Shown: positions 40,843 to 54,955, numbered from the stretch's first letter. The stretch: 64,000 nt of DNA from Octopus vulgaris (GCA_951406725.2 OX597815.1:22630001-22694000); one strand, 5' to 3'. Translations and numbers: made by a program. Notes: generated by a model from the letters alone, not told the origin.

Positions 40843-42312
40843 GTGTGTGTGTGTGTGCATGTGTACATAAAAATATATGCGTGTACATATGGATGTATAT
40901 ATATAGATATGGATATATATAGAGAGATATGGATACACACACACACACACACACACACGCATACACACACACACATCTTTTGATGAAACTTAGAAGTCAT
41001 TGTCACCAATTAAACTCACACATACACATATCACAATCACAGACACAATACACACACGCATAGACACATGGTTACATAACGCGTATATGCATACAATAAA
41101 CGCATATTCCTACATCAGCACACTTTTATACGCAAACATAAACACAATCTCGTGTATACGCATACATTCATTCATCCGTCCATCCATCCATCCATCCATA
41201 CATACATACATACATACATACATACATACATACATACATACATACATACGTACATACATACGTACATACATACATACATACATACATACATACATACATA
41301 CATACATACATACATACATACATACATACATACATACATACATGCAAAGACAAATTGAAGTGGAAGGAATTAGTCGATTAAATCGATCCTTGTACATGGC
41401 TGATAGTAGTTATACCATTCCTAGAAAGACGATGATTTGAACTCCAAACATAAAAATGCAAGTGTATTCAGTTACTCCCTGTACATTTTGGTATTTCTTT
41501 TATCGGTACTATAAATATGAAGGGAGAATTCGATCCCGTTTGAATTCGAACTCGGAACGAGGGAGGACGAAAGTAAATAACCGTTTATGTGCGCTGATAT
41601 TACCGTTCTTTGCTTTTTTCACCGCCTCTTAACAATTATGATTTTTAATATGGGCAGATATCCACAATCTTTTGTGGCTGGAATGCACAACTTAAGTTTA
41701 CAATTGAGATTTATTTTGTCAAGCGCGGATGAATAACAAAGCGAGCTGTCGATGAAAATTTTAATTCAGAACTGAAAGTAAGGTATTTCGGCCGGTGCTC
41801 TATACCTGCACTTTACAACCTACACTGAATTCAAAATAAGTCCTATCTCTCATCGATATAATTTCTCTTACTGAAATTCCATCCCCAGTTTATTATCATG
41901 CTATGTATGAACTCCTGCTGCCTTTTACTATAAAGCTAACAGAAAACTTCGGTCGCCTTCTACCTGCGCACGATTTCACTCGTTAAACCCGATTCTCCGC
42001 TTGTCACCGCTCTTACTTGGCTTCAGTTTTAAAACTTTACATATAAACATACCTCAAATTCTGACATGTAATACCGAAATTTACAAACTTGTAACGCCTA
42101 AATATCATAACAACATTAATTTTACATCGAGCTTATCTCTGAAATTTCTGTTACAGAGATGGCGTGAATGGGGGTGGTGAGCTACGATCTTATATACATA
42201 TACACGTGTACCTTGCACAAACTACTAAAAAAGTTATACATTTACATGCTGTCAAGAAAAAAAAGAATAACAAACAAAAAGAATGTGTGCGTGTGAGTGC
42301 TTGTGTGTGTGC

Positions 42313-42378
<66 letters not shown>

Positions 42379-42539
42379 CCGACTCGCACGGACACTAATA
42401 CACATGTATTTAAACAGAAAGCAGTGCAGAAGTATGACAATTTCGGATAAAAACTGCACACACACACACACGCTCGTACGTGTACACAGGCTCACATACA
42501 CACACTCACGTGTGTGTGTGTATGTGTGAGGGTGGGTGT

Positions 42540-42580
<41 letters not shown>

Positions 42581-42854
42581 TGTGTGTGTGAAAATGTTAT
42601 TCTATTTCGTTTTTTTTCTTTTTTTTAATCTGTAAAGAAAATATTCATGCAAACGAAAAAATGAAATAAAAAACATTGTTTAAAAAATAACTTTCAGAAA
42701 TAACTTTCTAAAAGTTAAATATTTTTTTTCCCCCGATTTTTTTTTTTTTTTTTTTTGGTTTAAAAAAACGAGTGAATGAAATTAAAAAGAAAGTTTTGAG
42801 AGAAATATTAAAAAAAAAAAAAAAATTGGATATTATTAAACTTTCAATATTTAC

Positions 42855-42960
42855 CTGGAGCCCAGTTGAGTGTGACACTAAACAGTATTGTCAAAAATGT
42901 AGCGCTGTCTACCAGTAAAAGGGGTGACAGGCAATGAGCCGGCCGCTGCATGCCACTCAT
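42855..42960 (-). CDS. candidate first coding exon, signal-peptide-like (secreted or cell-surface protein)
   Basis: gagATG gives MSGMQRPAHCLSPLLLVDSATFLTILFSVTLNWAP+G, then a CAG|GTAAAT donor (phase 1). There is an in-frame upstream TAG. The exon is a non-repetitive GC-richer island that drops abruptly into A/T-rich intron-like DNA. Confidence 0.55.
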
Positions 42961-43061
42961 CTCCGTCCGTGGTACATTTAATCCAACATGTGCGGTGGTC
43001 GACGACGTGCTTGCCGGATAAGCAGAAGCAGGTAATGGTAATAATAATAATAATCCTCCAT
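42957..43061 (-). promoter_or_regulatory. two abutting uORFs in the putative 5'UTR
   Basis: uORF1 spans 43061-42978 (27 aa). uORF2 spans 42977-42957 (MYHGRR*), and its TGA overlaps the main ATG. Confidence 0.4.
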
Positions 43062-43134
43062 TCGCACTGCCTTCCTCCTCGCCGCTCTTCTATCACCCAC
43101 ACACTTTCACTATACTTCTAACGTCTATCTATCA

Positions 43135-43174
<40 letters not shown>

Positions 43175-43369
43175 GTCTGTCTCTCAAGTCCGCCTCTCCT
43201 GATTAATACGAGTTAAGTTTCTTGTTATTGTTGTTCAGCTTTATTACAAATTTTGTTGTTGTTGTTGTTATTATTGTTTTTTCTCAAAGAGATGGTAGCG
43301 CCGCCGTTGTTGTTGTTGTTGTTGCTCTTGCTCTTTCTCTTTTGTTACTGTTGCTGTTACCTCAACTAG

Positions 43370-43405
<36 letters not shown>

Positions 43406-43640
43406 AACAAACAACCACTCCGCTTTCTCTCTTCCTCTTCCCTCTCTCTCACTCCTTACTTTCTCTCGTTCACTCCTATAGACTTTTTTTTTTCCTCCAT
43501 TCTTCGCGCTCACTCTTTCGCTCTCTCATTCCCACATACGTTCCTCTTTGTTCATTTTTTTCTCTTTTCTTTCAGTTGTGTGTGTGTGTGTGTGTGTGTG
43601 CGTGTGTGTGTGTATGTATGTGAGTGTGTGTGTGTGTGTT

Positions 43641-43678
<38 letters not shown>

Positions 43679-43759
43679 CATATATCCCGATCACACTCTT
43701 TCCGTCACACTCTTTATAGACAGAGTGGAGCGAGCATGAAGAGAAAGTAGAAGGTATAA

Positions 43760-43792
<33 letters not shown>

Positions 43793-44174
43793 CTCTTTTA
43801 CTCTTTTACTTGTTTCAGTCATTTGACTGCGGCCATGCTGGAGCACCGCCTTTAATCGACCAACTCGATCCCGGAACTTATTCTATCGGTCTCTTTTGCC
43901 GAACCGCTATGTAACGGGGACATAAACACACCACCAGCATCGGTTGTCAAGCAATGCTAGGGGGACAAACACAGACACACAAACACACACACGCATATAT
44001 ATATACATATATACGACGGGCTTCTTTCAGTTTCCGTCTACCAAAACCACTCACAGGGCTTTGGTCGGCCCGAGGCTATAGTAGAAAACACTAGCCCAAG
44101 GTGCCTCGCAGTGGGACTGAACCCGGAACCATGTGGTTGGTAAACAAGCTACTTACCACACAGCCACTCCTGCG

Positions 44175-44178
<4 letters not shown>
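43793..44178 (-). mobile_element. OK-type SINE
   Basis: Full structure. Confidence 0.92.
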
Positions 44179-44241
<63 letters not shown>

Positions 44242-44271
44242 ATGTATATGTATGTATGTATTTATATAATC

Positions 44272-44900
44272 TTTTATTTGTTCCAGTCATTGGACTGCAT
44301 CCATGCTGAGACTCCGCTCTGAAGGGTTTTAGTCAAACGAATCGACCCCCAGTACTTGAAGCCGGAGTCTATCGATGTCTTATGTCGAAACCCTAAGTTA
44401 CGGGGACGTAATCAAGTAAATATATATATATATATACACACACACACATGCGACAGGCTTCTTTCAGTTTCTGTCCACCAAATCCACTCGCAAGGCTTTG
44501 GTCGGCCCAGGGCCATAGTAGAAGACACTTACCTGAGGTGCCCTGCAGTGGGACTGAACCTGGAACCATATGGTTGGGATACATGGATATTTTCACTTAT
44601 TTCAGTCAGCGTATTGTGGCCATGGTGGAGCACGACATAAGAGGATTTAGTCGATCAATTCGACCTCAGTGTTATTTAAATCTTGTAGTTATACTATTCC
44701 TTTCTTTTTGTTAAATTGAGATATGACTGGGACATAAACAAACGAACTCCGGTGGTCTAACAGTGAGAGACAAACACACACGCGCGCGCACGCCAGACTT
44801 TTGCACAGTTTCTCTCTACCAAATTCACGCACAAGTAGAAGATACTTGCGCGAAGTGCCGCTCGGCGTGACTGAACCCGAGACCACGTGGTTACGAAGCT
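44272..44900 (-). mobile_element. two tandem diverged OK-type SINEs
   Basis: Copies at 44272-44578 and 44598-44900. Confidence 0.7.
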
Positions 44901-44912
44901 AGAATCTTAATA

Positions 44913-44999
<87 letters not shown>

Positions 45000-45271
45000 T
45001 ATATTTATAAATTATAAATTGTATTACACTACAATAGTATTGTTTCCCAGTGAAAAGCACCGTAACGGTTGAATTATAAATAGGAAACGGCGGCACTATT
45101 TCCTATATATATATATATATACATATAATAATATATATATATACATATATATAATATATATATATATATACATATAATAATATAAATAATATATATATAT
45201 TATGTATACAGCGTATTGAAGTCTTGAGTTCTCTATAAGAAAATGTTGGCACTACGTAAAATGTAAATATG

Positions 45272-45309
<38 letters not shown>

Positions 45310-45319
45310 ACACACACAC

Positions 45320-45510
45320 ACATGCGACAAGCTTCTTTCAGTTTCGGTCCACCAAATATACACACACACACAAACACACAACACACACACACACACACAC
45401 ACATACACGCACACATACACACACACACATGCGACAAGCTTCTTTCGGTTTCGGTCCACCAAATATATATACACACACACAGACACACACACACAAACAC
45501 ACACACACAT

Positions 45511-45545
<35 letters not shown>

Positions 45546-45760
45546 CCACAAGCTTCTTCCAGTTTCGGTCCACCAAATATATACACACACACACACACAA
45601 CACACACACAAACACACACACAGACACACAAATACACACACACACACACAACACACACACACACAACACACACACAACACACACAACACACACACACACA
45701 CACACATGCAACAAGCGACAAGCTTCTTTCAGTTTCGGTCCACCAAATATATATACACAC
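45320..45760. repeat. minisatellite of a SINE-derived ~40-mer separated by (CA)n, 4 units
   Basis: GCGACAAGCTTCTTTCAGTTTCGGTCCACCAAATATA at ~45322, 45429, 45543 and 45714. Confidence 0.9.
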
Positions 45761-46854
45761 ACACAGACACATATACACACACACAACATACACACACACA
45801 CACACACACAACACACACACAACACACACACACACACACACACGTACATATATATACCCAGTGTATGTGTTTGTGCGTGCCTGTGTGAGCGCGCGCGTGT
45901 GTGTGTGTGCGTGTGTGTTGTTTCTCTTCTGCCTATTAATTTCCATTCTTCATATTCTTCAATTCATTTCCATCTTTTCCCTTTTTTCTGTCTTTTGCTC
46001 TCTCGTTCCAATCTATCTAGCTGTCCTTCTCTTTCTTGCTCTCTTTCTCTACCTATTTAGTTCTCTCTCTCTCTCTCGTCACTTTTTCTTATTCACATTA
46101 CGTACAAGCCCCCACCCCCTCTGTCTCTCTTCATTACAATTTCCCTCCTCTTCCATTACTACTGTCTCTACCTTTTCTCTACCCTGTTCGTTTCCAATGC
46201 AATATCTATGATTTCTTACTTCGAACTCAGAAACTTGGAATCGACTTTTACACCCATCGAATTGTCCTTTACATTTTCTTCTTTCACTTCACCATCCTCC
46301 CCCGCTCTCTCTCTCTCTTCTTTTCTACTATTTCCCCCACTCTGTTGATCCTCTTCCCATAAATCTCGCTAGTTTACTCTTTTAGACATAATCTCCGCTT
46401 CCTCCAACTCCTTTCCATTCACACACGTTCATGTATGTATGTGTATTTATATATGCATTGCAGTGCAGTCTATACCTTTACAATCTCAACATACTCATAC
46501 CACATACACGCGTGCGCGGGGTTGTTTGCCTCCTTTATTCGTCTCGATTGTTTTAGTTTTTACCCTCCACCGTTCTTAAATACCACTTGGTTCGCCCAAA
46601 CTTCATCCTGGCACTCATTTATATACATACAGTAATGGAAATGGATTTTAGGAAGTAGGGATATGCTAAGGTCCATCAGGCTGAATATAGGATGGCGGGG
46701 GGTGGATTGTAAGACTAATAAGCACGCTTGCAAACAGAAAAGAAGGGGGAACACTTTCTCCCTCCGTATCGCCCACCACCATTTCCATCACGGCTCGTAC
46801 GCGTAAACATACGCACACTCACACAAAAATCCACCTACATTTTAACTCTTCCTT

Positions 46855-46908
<54 letters not shown>

Positions 46909-46937
46909 CTCTCTGGATATTATGTATGTGTATGTGC

Positions 46938-46969
<32 letters not shown>

Positions 46970-46970
<1 letters not shown>

Positions 46971-47381
46971 CTCTTTTACTCTTTTACTCTTTTACTTGTT
47001 TCAGTCATTTGACTGCGGCCATGCTGGAGCACCGCCTTTAATCGAGCAACTCGACCCCGGGACTTATTCTTTGTAAGCCCAGTACTTATTCTATCAGTCT
47101 CTTTTGTCGAACCGCTAAGTTACGGGGACGTAAACACACCAGCATCGGTTGTCAAGCGATGTTGGATGGGACAAACACAGACACACAAACATACACGCAC
47201 ACATACATATATATACATATATACGACGGGCTTCTTTCAGTTTCCGTCTACCAAATCCACTCACAATGCTTTGGTCGGCCCGAGGCTATAGCAGAAGACA
47301 CTTGCCCAAGGTGTCACGCAGTGGGACTGAACCTGGAACCATGTGGTTGGTAAACAAGCTACTTACCACACAGCCACTCCT
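46970..47381 (-). mobile_element. OK-type SINE
   Basis: Full structure. Confidence 0.92.
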
Positions 47382-48016
47382 AATATATATATATATATAT
47401 ATATATATACACGCAGAGCGAGAGAAGAGAGGATAAAGTGATGTAATATATATATATATGTATAAAACATCACTCTTTATCCTCCCTTCGCTCGCTCTTT
47501 TGCTTTTTCTCTTCAAATCCCATCTCCCCACTCGCTTCAACTTTCGGTTTACGAAGTAGGGCCATGGATTTGACAACAAGAGCCTGTCAACCTCAAAAGC
47601 AAACTCCTCTGTCGTGGAATTTATTCATTCCTTCAAGATTAATAAAATTAACTACCAGCATCACATTGAGGTTAATTTTAGTGATTACATTTGCCAAACT
47701 TAAAAATCTGGCTTCGTGCCTAGTCAAAAGAGATCAATATATTTATTTTCTAAACTGTTGGTGAGGACCATGAAGCAAAAGATAAGTCGAAGTCGTGAGC
47801 TAGTTCTGATTCCTGGCTGAAGCCAGCTCAACCATGATTATCACGCAATTTCATTTCCTACTCACTGCAAATTTTACGGACTTGTGCCTATGTGCAAATT
47901 GAATATGTTTGCTAAAGTAACACTCGGCCGGTGGTACATCATATTTAAATAGACAAAACCACAATAACATAAATATTCACGCATATGGTTATTGTTAAGA
48001 GTATTCCGTGTAAAAA

Positions 48017-48048
<32 letters not shown>

Positions 48049-48474
48049 GAGTATGAGAAAGTTTGTCTATTTGTTTGTCTATGACCATCTAACTGTCTGC
48101 TAGTCTATTCATCTATCTAGCTGCTTCACGAAGCAATAAAAGAAATTTTGCTCTCTAATTTAACCAGACACACGTTTATATGCACGCATAAACAGTCGCA
48201 TACGTGTATATGCGCGTATTCCTACGATGTGTGCTGCTTTCACACAAATACATACGCACTTACACACATACAAATGTATGTGTACCATCCCATATCTCCA
48301 CAGTCTGAAGACTTCAGTTCCGCACATTGTAATATCACTATTTATAATGCTGATTCAACTATATAAAATACTTTCCCTTTCCTCCTATACGAATCCTCAA
48401 AGACAAACAGACACTCGCTGTTGCAAACAGTCGCAAAAACGCAAGCAGATACATAGAATTGGACGCCCGCGAAG

Positions 48475-48556
<82 letters not shown>

Positions 48557-48648
48557 ATTCTTTTATATGTTTCAGCTTTGAGGCTGCGACCATGCTGGGG
48601 TGGGGCACTATATATATATGTGTGTGTGTGTGTGTATACATACATATA

Positions 48649-49024
48649 AGGCACTGGCGTGGGTGTATGGAAAGAAACTTGCTTCCCAAACAAATAGTTC
48701 TGGGTTCAGTCCCGCTGCGTGGCACCTTGGGCAAGTATCTTCTACTATAGTCTCGGGCCGGCCGAAGCCTTATGAGTGGACTTGGTAGACGGAAACTGAT
48801 AGCCTGACGTGTGTGTGTGTGTGTGGCGACTGCGTGAGTATCGTTGGTGATTTTCTTTCTCCGTCTTCCCTTCCTTGGACCTTTCCTTTTCATATGTTTC
48901 TGACGAAGAGCTCCGCTCGAAACGTTAAATCCTCCTTCTTTCTTTCCTTTCCTGAGCGTCCAATAACACTATATTTGTTCCACGTCCTCGCGTTGTTGTG
49001 TTTTCTCTTTGTTCATGTTTGGAG

Positions 49025-49102
<78 letters not shown>

Positions 49103-49126
49103 TACATACATACATATATACATACA

Positions 49127-49161
<35 letters not shown>

Positions 49162-49390
49162 GTGTGTGTGTGTACCTGTGTTTGTCAACCACACACACAC
49201 ACACACCATCGCTTGAAATCGATGTTGGTGTGTGAAGGTCCCCGTAACTAGCGTTCCAGCAAAAGAGCCCGATAGAATAAGTACTACGATTACAAAGAAT
49301 AAGTCATGGGGTCAATTTGCTCGACCCACCAAAAAAACCTTTAAAGCGGTGCTCTCGCGTGGCCGCAGCCAAATGAGTGAAACAAGGAAA
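48649..49390 (+). mobile_element. OK-type SINE split by a Penelope-like insert (48825-49025)
   Basis: Head at 48649-48810 and tail at 49175-49390. Confidence 0.75.
48896..48930 (+). ncRNA. minimal hammerhead with a canonical core
   Basis: GTTT-CTGACGA-A-GAGC-TCC-GCTC-GAA-ACGT-T-AAAT. Confidence 0.75.
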
Positions 49391-49626
49391 CAAATAGAAT
49401 ATATTTACCCATTTAGCTCCCTCTTGTCACTCTTTAATACAAAGTTTTACATACATTGTCTTTTACTATGTAGCTACACACACGCTAACGCACGCACTCA
49501 CACACACGCACGCACGCGCGCACACACACACAAAACAAACACACACAAAATGTATACATAAAGTCATATATGATGTTGTAAATGTAAGAGGTAAATATGT
49601 GTGTATGTATGTGTATGTGCGTGTGT

Positions 49627-50008
49627 GGAGGCGCAATGGCCCAGTGGTTAGGGCAGCGGACTCGCGGTCGTAGGATCGCGGTTTCGATTCCCAGACAGGG
49701 CGTTATGAGTGTTTATTGAGCGAAAATACCTAAAACCTCCACGAGGCTCCGGCAGGGGATGGTGGTGATCCCTGCTGTACTCTTTCACCACAACTTTCTC
49801 TCACTCTTACTTCCTGTTTCTGTTGCACCTGTATTTCAAAGGACCGGCCTTGTCACTCTCTGTGTCACGCTGAATATCCCCGAGAACTACGTTAAGGGTA
49901 CACGTGTCTGTGGAGTGCTCAGCCACTTACACGTTAATTTCACGAGCAGGCTGTTCCGTTGATCGGATCAACCGGAACCCTCATCGTCGTAACCGACGGA
50001 GTACTTCC
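49627..50008 (+). mobile_element. full-length OR-type SINE
   Basis: Near-identical to 15546-15935. Confidence 0.92.
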
Positions 50009-50409
50009 CCATATGCGTGTATGAAATATGCATTAAAAAATATAATCCCATGCAACCGGCTAATGAAGTTAACGTGTAGTTTTTATATAATGGATGTAAT
50101 ATATAGGACTTCTCTACAGGCTAGAAGTTTGAGAGAATGCAATGCTGTGCAGCAAAGATTGAGTGAATGAAACGTTTTATACATAGATAACGTCAGATGT
50201 GAAACATAATACAAGCATCGGTTCATTGAGAGACGAACATTTTCAGGAAGGCGGGAAGCACAAAATTATGGATTAATAGGGATTGTTACAACAATAATAA
50301 AATTAGGATGTATAAAAATACGGGTACAGAAATTCGAGAGTATAAGCATGCGTGTATATGTGTGTATGTGCGTGAGTGTGTATATTTATGTATTTATACA
50401 TATATATGT

Positions 50410-50746
50410 GAAGGCTCATGGCTTAGCGGTTAGAGCGTCGAGCTTACGATCGTGAGGTTGTGAGTTCGAATCCCGGACCGGGCTGCGTGTTTGTGTTCTT
50501 GAGCAAGACACTTTATTTCATGTTGCTCCAGTTCACTCAGCTGTAGAAATGAGTTGCGACGTCACTGGTGCCAAGCTGTATCGTCCTTTGCCTTTTCCTT
50601 GGATAACACTGGTGGCGTGGAGAGGGGAGGCCGGTATGCGAGGGCGACTGCTGGTCTTCCATAAAACAACCTTGCCCGGACTTGTGCCTGAAAGGGTAAC
50701 TTTCTATGTGCAATCCCATGGTCAGTCATGACCAAAGGAGGTCTCA
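50410..50746 (+). mobile_element. tRNA-derived SINE with a CORE-like domain
   Basis: TGGCTTAGCGG..GAGTTCGAATCC, then CTTGAGCAAGACACTT..CACTCAGCTGTAGAAATGAG. Confidence 0.85.
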
Positions 50747-50756
50747 GCATACATAC

Positions 50757-50797
<41 letters not shown>

Positions 50798-51050
50798 AAA
50801 TTTTGAATTTTATATTTTATATATTTTTTATTAATTAATTTTATTTCTATGCATTGGTTTATGATTTTCACTGTTTGATTTGCCGAATAGTGGTTTTATC
50901 TCTAATTTAATATATATAAACATATATACATATTCTATTCAACGTCCCAAAGAGACTCATAAGCAAAATGGTATGATTTAAACATATTCAGCCTTTTCTT
51001 TTTTGTCTCTAGGCTCTTCTTTTCTTTTATGTATTTTATGTTTGTATTTT

Positions 51051-51175
51051 TCTTCACTTTGATGAAGCTCCATGCTCCAGATCGGTTTTATTACCAAATA
51101 TGATGAAAATTATTTTTTAGCATTTCAATGGCAATACCATACAACATTGGAAGCAGAAACAGCTGTTAGATGGGA
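51051..51175 (+). ncRNA. hammerhead-like motif with a long loop II (C3U variant)
   Basis: TTGATGA-A-GCTCCATG..CATTGGAAGC-A-GAA-ACAGCTGT-T-AGA. Confidence 0.5.
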
Positions 51176-51753
51176 TGTAGTCTATTTGTACTGAATTAAA
51201 AAATAATAACTGATGTAAGTCAATCGTTGTTGGTCAATATTTCTCTATTTTCTGTTTACTTTAAACTTGGTTTCTGGTAAACTCACAAGCTAAATATCAG
51301 CGTAAACCTGGTCCTGGTCAGTTAAGTGTGATCTTTTTCTACTACTTTTAGCCGCAATACACAAAAAAATGTATACACCAAATCCTTCTTCTATACAAAA
51401 GATTCGAAATAATGTGTGATCCTTTGCTTTTTTCCCCTTCTCTCTTTTTCACTTGTGTTACATACGTCAAACTTACTTAATTAATTAGTTCACTGATATA
51501 TAGTTTCGGTTAAGCTTATAATACGAAATCATTTATTTTGTGAAAGCATATTTTTATATTTATTTTAATGCAAATACATAGAATATAATTATTTGCCCCT
51601 TGTATTAAAAAAGTTAGACTTGTTTTAATTAAACAATATACACATATGTCAAAATTTGACGCAACCTTTTCTCAGTATTTTCCATGTCTGTGTGTGTGCG
51701 TGCGTGCGTGCGTGTGTGTGTGCGTGCGTGCATGTGTGTGTGTTTGCGTGTAC

Positions 51754-51788
<35 letters not shown>

Positions 51789-52145
51789 TGTATGCATGTG
51801 TGTTTACACGTGTGTATGTGTGCACGAGTGTATGTGTGTGTGAACGCGCGTGTGCGCGAGGGTGTGTGTGTGTGCACGCGTTTGTGTGCGTGTGTACGTG
51901 TGTGTGTGCGTATGTATGTATGTATATATGCTTATATACGTATATAGGAAAAATAAGGATAAACACAAGTTTATACTCGAGCTACTTACCCGCGTTTACA
52001 GTTATTCTTTGGGCACCATAGCCAAGTATATATATATATATATTGTTTATAATCTCTATATATATATTATAATCTCTATATATTTATAATCTCTCTATAT
52101 ATATATATTGTTTATAATCTCTAATTTATATATATATATATATAT

Positions 52146-52395
52146 CACGTGATCACGTGACCGACCAGACCACCAGATGTTGTTACACATCGCTGGTCAC
52201 AATGCATTCGCATTGTTTTAGCCTTTGAATGACGCCAGCAGGCCAACAGAAGAAAGAGTGGTGAAAGAGTACAACAGGGATCACCCCTGCTGGAGCGTCG
52301 TGGAGCTTTTAGGTGTTTTCGCTCAATAAACACTCACAACGCCCGGTCTGGGAATCGAAACCGCGATCCTACGACCACGAGTCCGCTGCCCTAAC
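52146..52395 (-). mobile_element. OR-head SINE with an alternative 3' module
   Basis: Head as in the copy at 49627. The tail ends GGTCACGTGATCACGTGA. Confidence 0.8.
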
Positions 52396-52413
52396 CACTA
52401 GGCCATCGCGCCT

Positions 52414-52484
<71 letters not shown>

Positions 52485-52533
52485 ATCCAAACATGAAAAC
52501 ACAACAACGCTCAGGAAGAAAGGGAAGAAGGAG

Positions 52534-52569
52534 GGCTTAACGTTTCGAGCGGAGCTCTTCGTCAGAACC
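52534..52569 (-). ncRNA. minimal hammerhead with a canonical core in a Penelope-like fragment (52481-52650)
   Basis: GGTT-CTGACGA-A-GAGC-TCC-GCTC-GAA-ACGT-T-AAGCC. Same family as 48896. Confidence 0.72.
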
Positions 52570-52648
52570 ATAGGAAAAGGAAAGATCCAGAGAAGGGAAG
52601 ACGGAGGGAAAAAAATCTCCAACGGTACACACGCGGTCACATTTTGAA

Positions 52649-52729
<81 letters not shown>

Positions 52730-52758
52730 CATTATTATCATTATTATTATTATTATTA

Positions 52759-52840
<82 letters not shown>

Positions 52841-52850
52841 CATTATTATT

Positions 52851-52921
<71 letters not shown>

Positions 52922-53332
52922 CATATGTTTGACTTTTGCTTTATATTTGTACAAGTTGGCTCCAAGTCTCACCCAGAGACCTCAAGAGACAACAGGCTGG
53001 AAGTTCACGTTGTTGTTATGCCTAGTGTTATGCCTTGTTTTTGTGTTGTACTAGTGGATGTCTAAGATTACATAGAAAGTATTTTGCGTAGGATATGAGC
53101 AGTTCCCATGAGCACTATCCTTTGAATTTCTGCCATTTTGGGGTTTCCTGGTATCTGAGTTAGGTAGCAATCAGCCCCTTTTGCTATCATTCCCAGGGCA
53201 CCTATGACAACAGGTATTCTTTTAGTCTTCAGGTTCCACATTTTGCTGATTTCTATTTCAAGATCTTTATATTTGCTCAGTTTTTGGTAGGTCTTGACAG
53301 ATACGTTTATATCGATTGGGACAGTCATATCA

Positions 53333-53335
<3 letters not shown>
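52922..53335 (-). mobile_element. Dong/R4-like LINE 3' end inside a long (TAA)n
   Basis: Uninterrupted IDMTVPIDINVSVKTYQKLSKYKDL..GTAHILRKILSM*, with (ATT)n on both sides. Confidence 0.92.
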
Positions 53336-53430
<95 letters not shown>

Positions 53431-53438
53431 CATCATCA

Positions 53439-53475
<37 letters not shown>

Positions 53476-53589
53476 CATCATCATCATTATTATTATTGGC
53501 GACTAAAAAGTCATCTTTCTATCCAACTTAAAGCGGATATCCTGTTTATATACAAGATACTGCTCTGTTTGTTAGCCTTGAGAGAACTT

Positions 53590-53760
53590 CTCATATTGAC
53601 GCTTGGTGCATAAAATCACACACGTAGATCGGAGCAAATGAGAATCGTTTCTTATGGGCGCCAGCGCTCTCTTATCATGTGATTTCAGTCTACTGGACAT
53701 TATCAGTGGGAGGCGTTCAGTCACCGCATACTAGATAAATCTTGCAGCTACGAGATTATA
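53590..53760 (+). mobile_element. very decayed Tc1/mariner fragment
   Basis: WAPALLSCDFSLLD resembles WPPSSPDLNPLD. Confidence 0.35.
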
Positions 53761-54246
53761 AACAAAACTACTAATATAAGTACACAATTCTTTTTTTCCA
53801 CTGAGATTGAATTAGCAATCGATTGACCAAGCCAAATCTGGAGTAAATATTTTAATATACATCCTTTCTATCATGTATTGCGTGTATATGCTTGCATGTA
53901 TTGTATTACCCGAAAAACATCTTAGCAACACCAAATATCCAAAGTCTAGTATTGGTGTAAATGTAGAACTGTTGTCGCTCATATGGATGAAGACATGTGA
54001 ACATAAGTGTATGTGTCTTTGTGTAGAAATGTACTGTTGGTGTCTGTGTGTATGTGAACTTACCAGTAGTTTATGCTTCTTGGCCCGTACTGCCTCATTG
54101 CAATTGACTTTTCCAACGTACATGCATACACACATATACGCAAATGCACACATATGTTCATACATAAGCACACATACCTAAACATACTCTGTCGCTTTTT
54201 TTCCCTCTCTGTATGTCAATAATTATAAATACCTCATATGATAAGA

Positions 54247-54294
<48 letters not shown>

Positions 54295-54795
54295 TTACGT
54301 ACAAATATCTGTGTGTTACGTATATGTGGACACTTACTAGTAGTTTTTGCATCTTGCACCAATTCTGTCTTCCCTTTTCGCCCCCTCTTTCTCACATACA
54401 CTCTCTCTCTCTATCTATCTCTCTTTTTCACTTTGTCAATAATTATATGTATATATATTTAATTGTTTTTTTTAAATAAGCTTCGTAGTCAGTTGTCTTT
54501 TTCTTCATGTATTATACATACACTTCGTTGTGTATTTACAAACGTACGTTCGCACAGATCAATGTAAAAGCAAACATACATATTAATGTGTACATACGCA
54601 ACTGTCCTTAGATACATTGAAACGTGCAGAGAGAAAGATTCAAGAAAATGTACACTGAAACACTGGAACAAATTAATTATTCTTAAATGACGTACCTGTT
54701 CACATATTCTAGGGTGTGGCGATGATATAAGCAGTAGATTACTGCATACATACAGATGTGTGTGTATGTGTATGTGCACAAACAGACAGACAGAC

Positions 54796-54907
<112 letters not shown>

Positions 54908-54955
54908 TGATATGTATATACTGTATGTGTATATATATGTATGTGTGTATATATA

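Noticed and set aside
45320-45760. CRISPR-like repeat-spacer pattern
   Set aside because: The spacers are (CA)n, the repeat is SINE-derived, the context is eukaryotic and there are no cas genes.
49627-49700. tRNA gene (also 5027, 15935, 50410 and OK heads)
   Set aside because: The A/B boxes run into SINE bodies without a proper acceptor stem.
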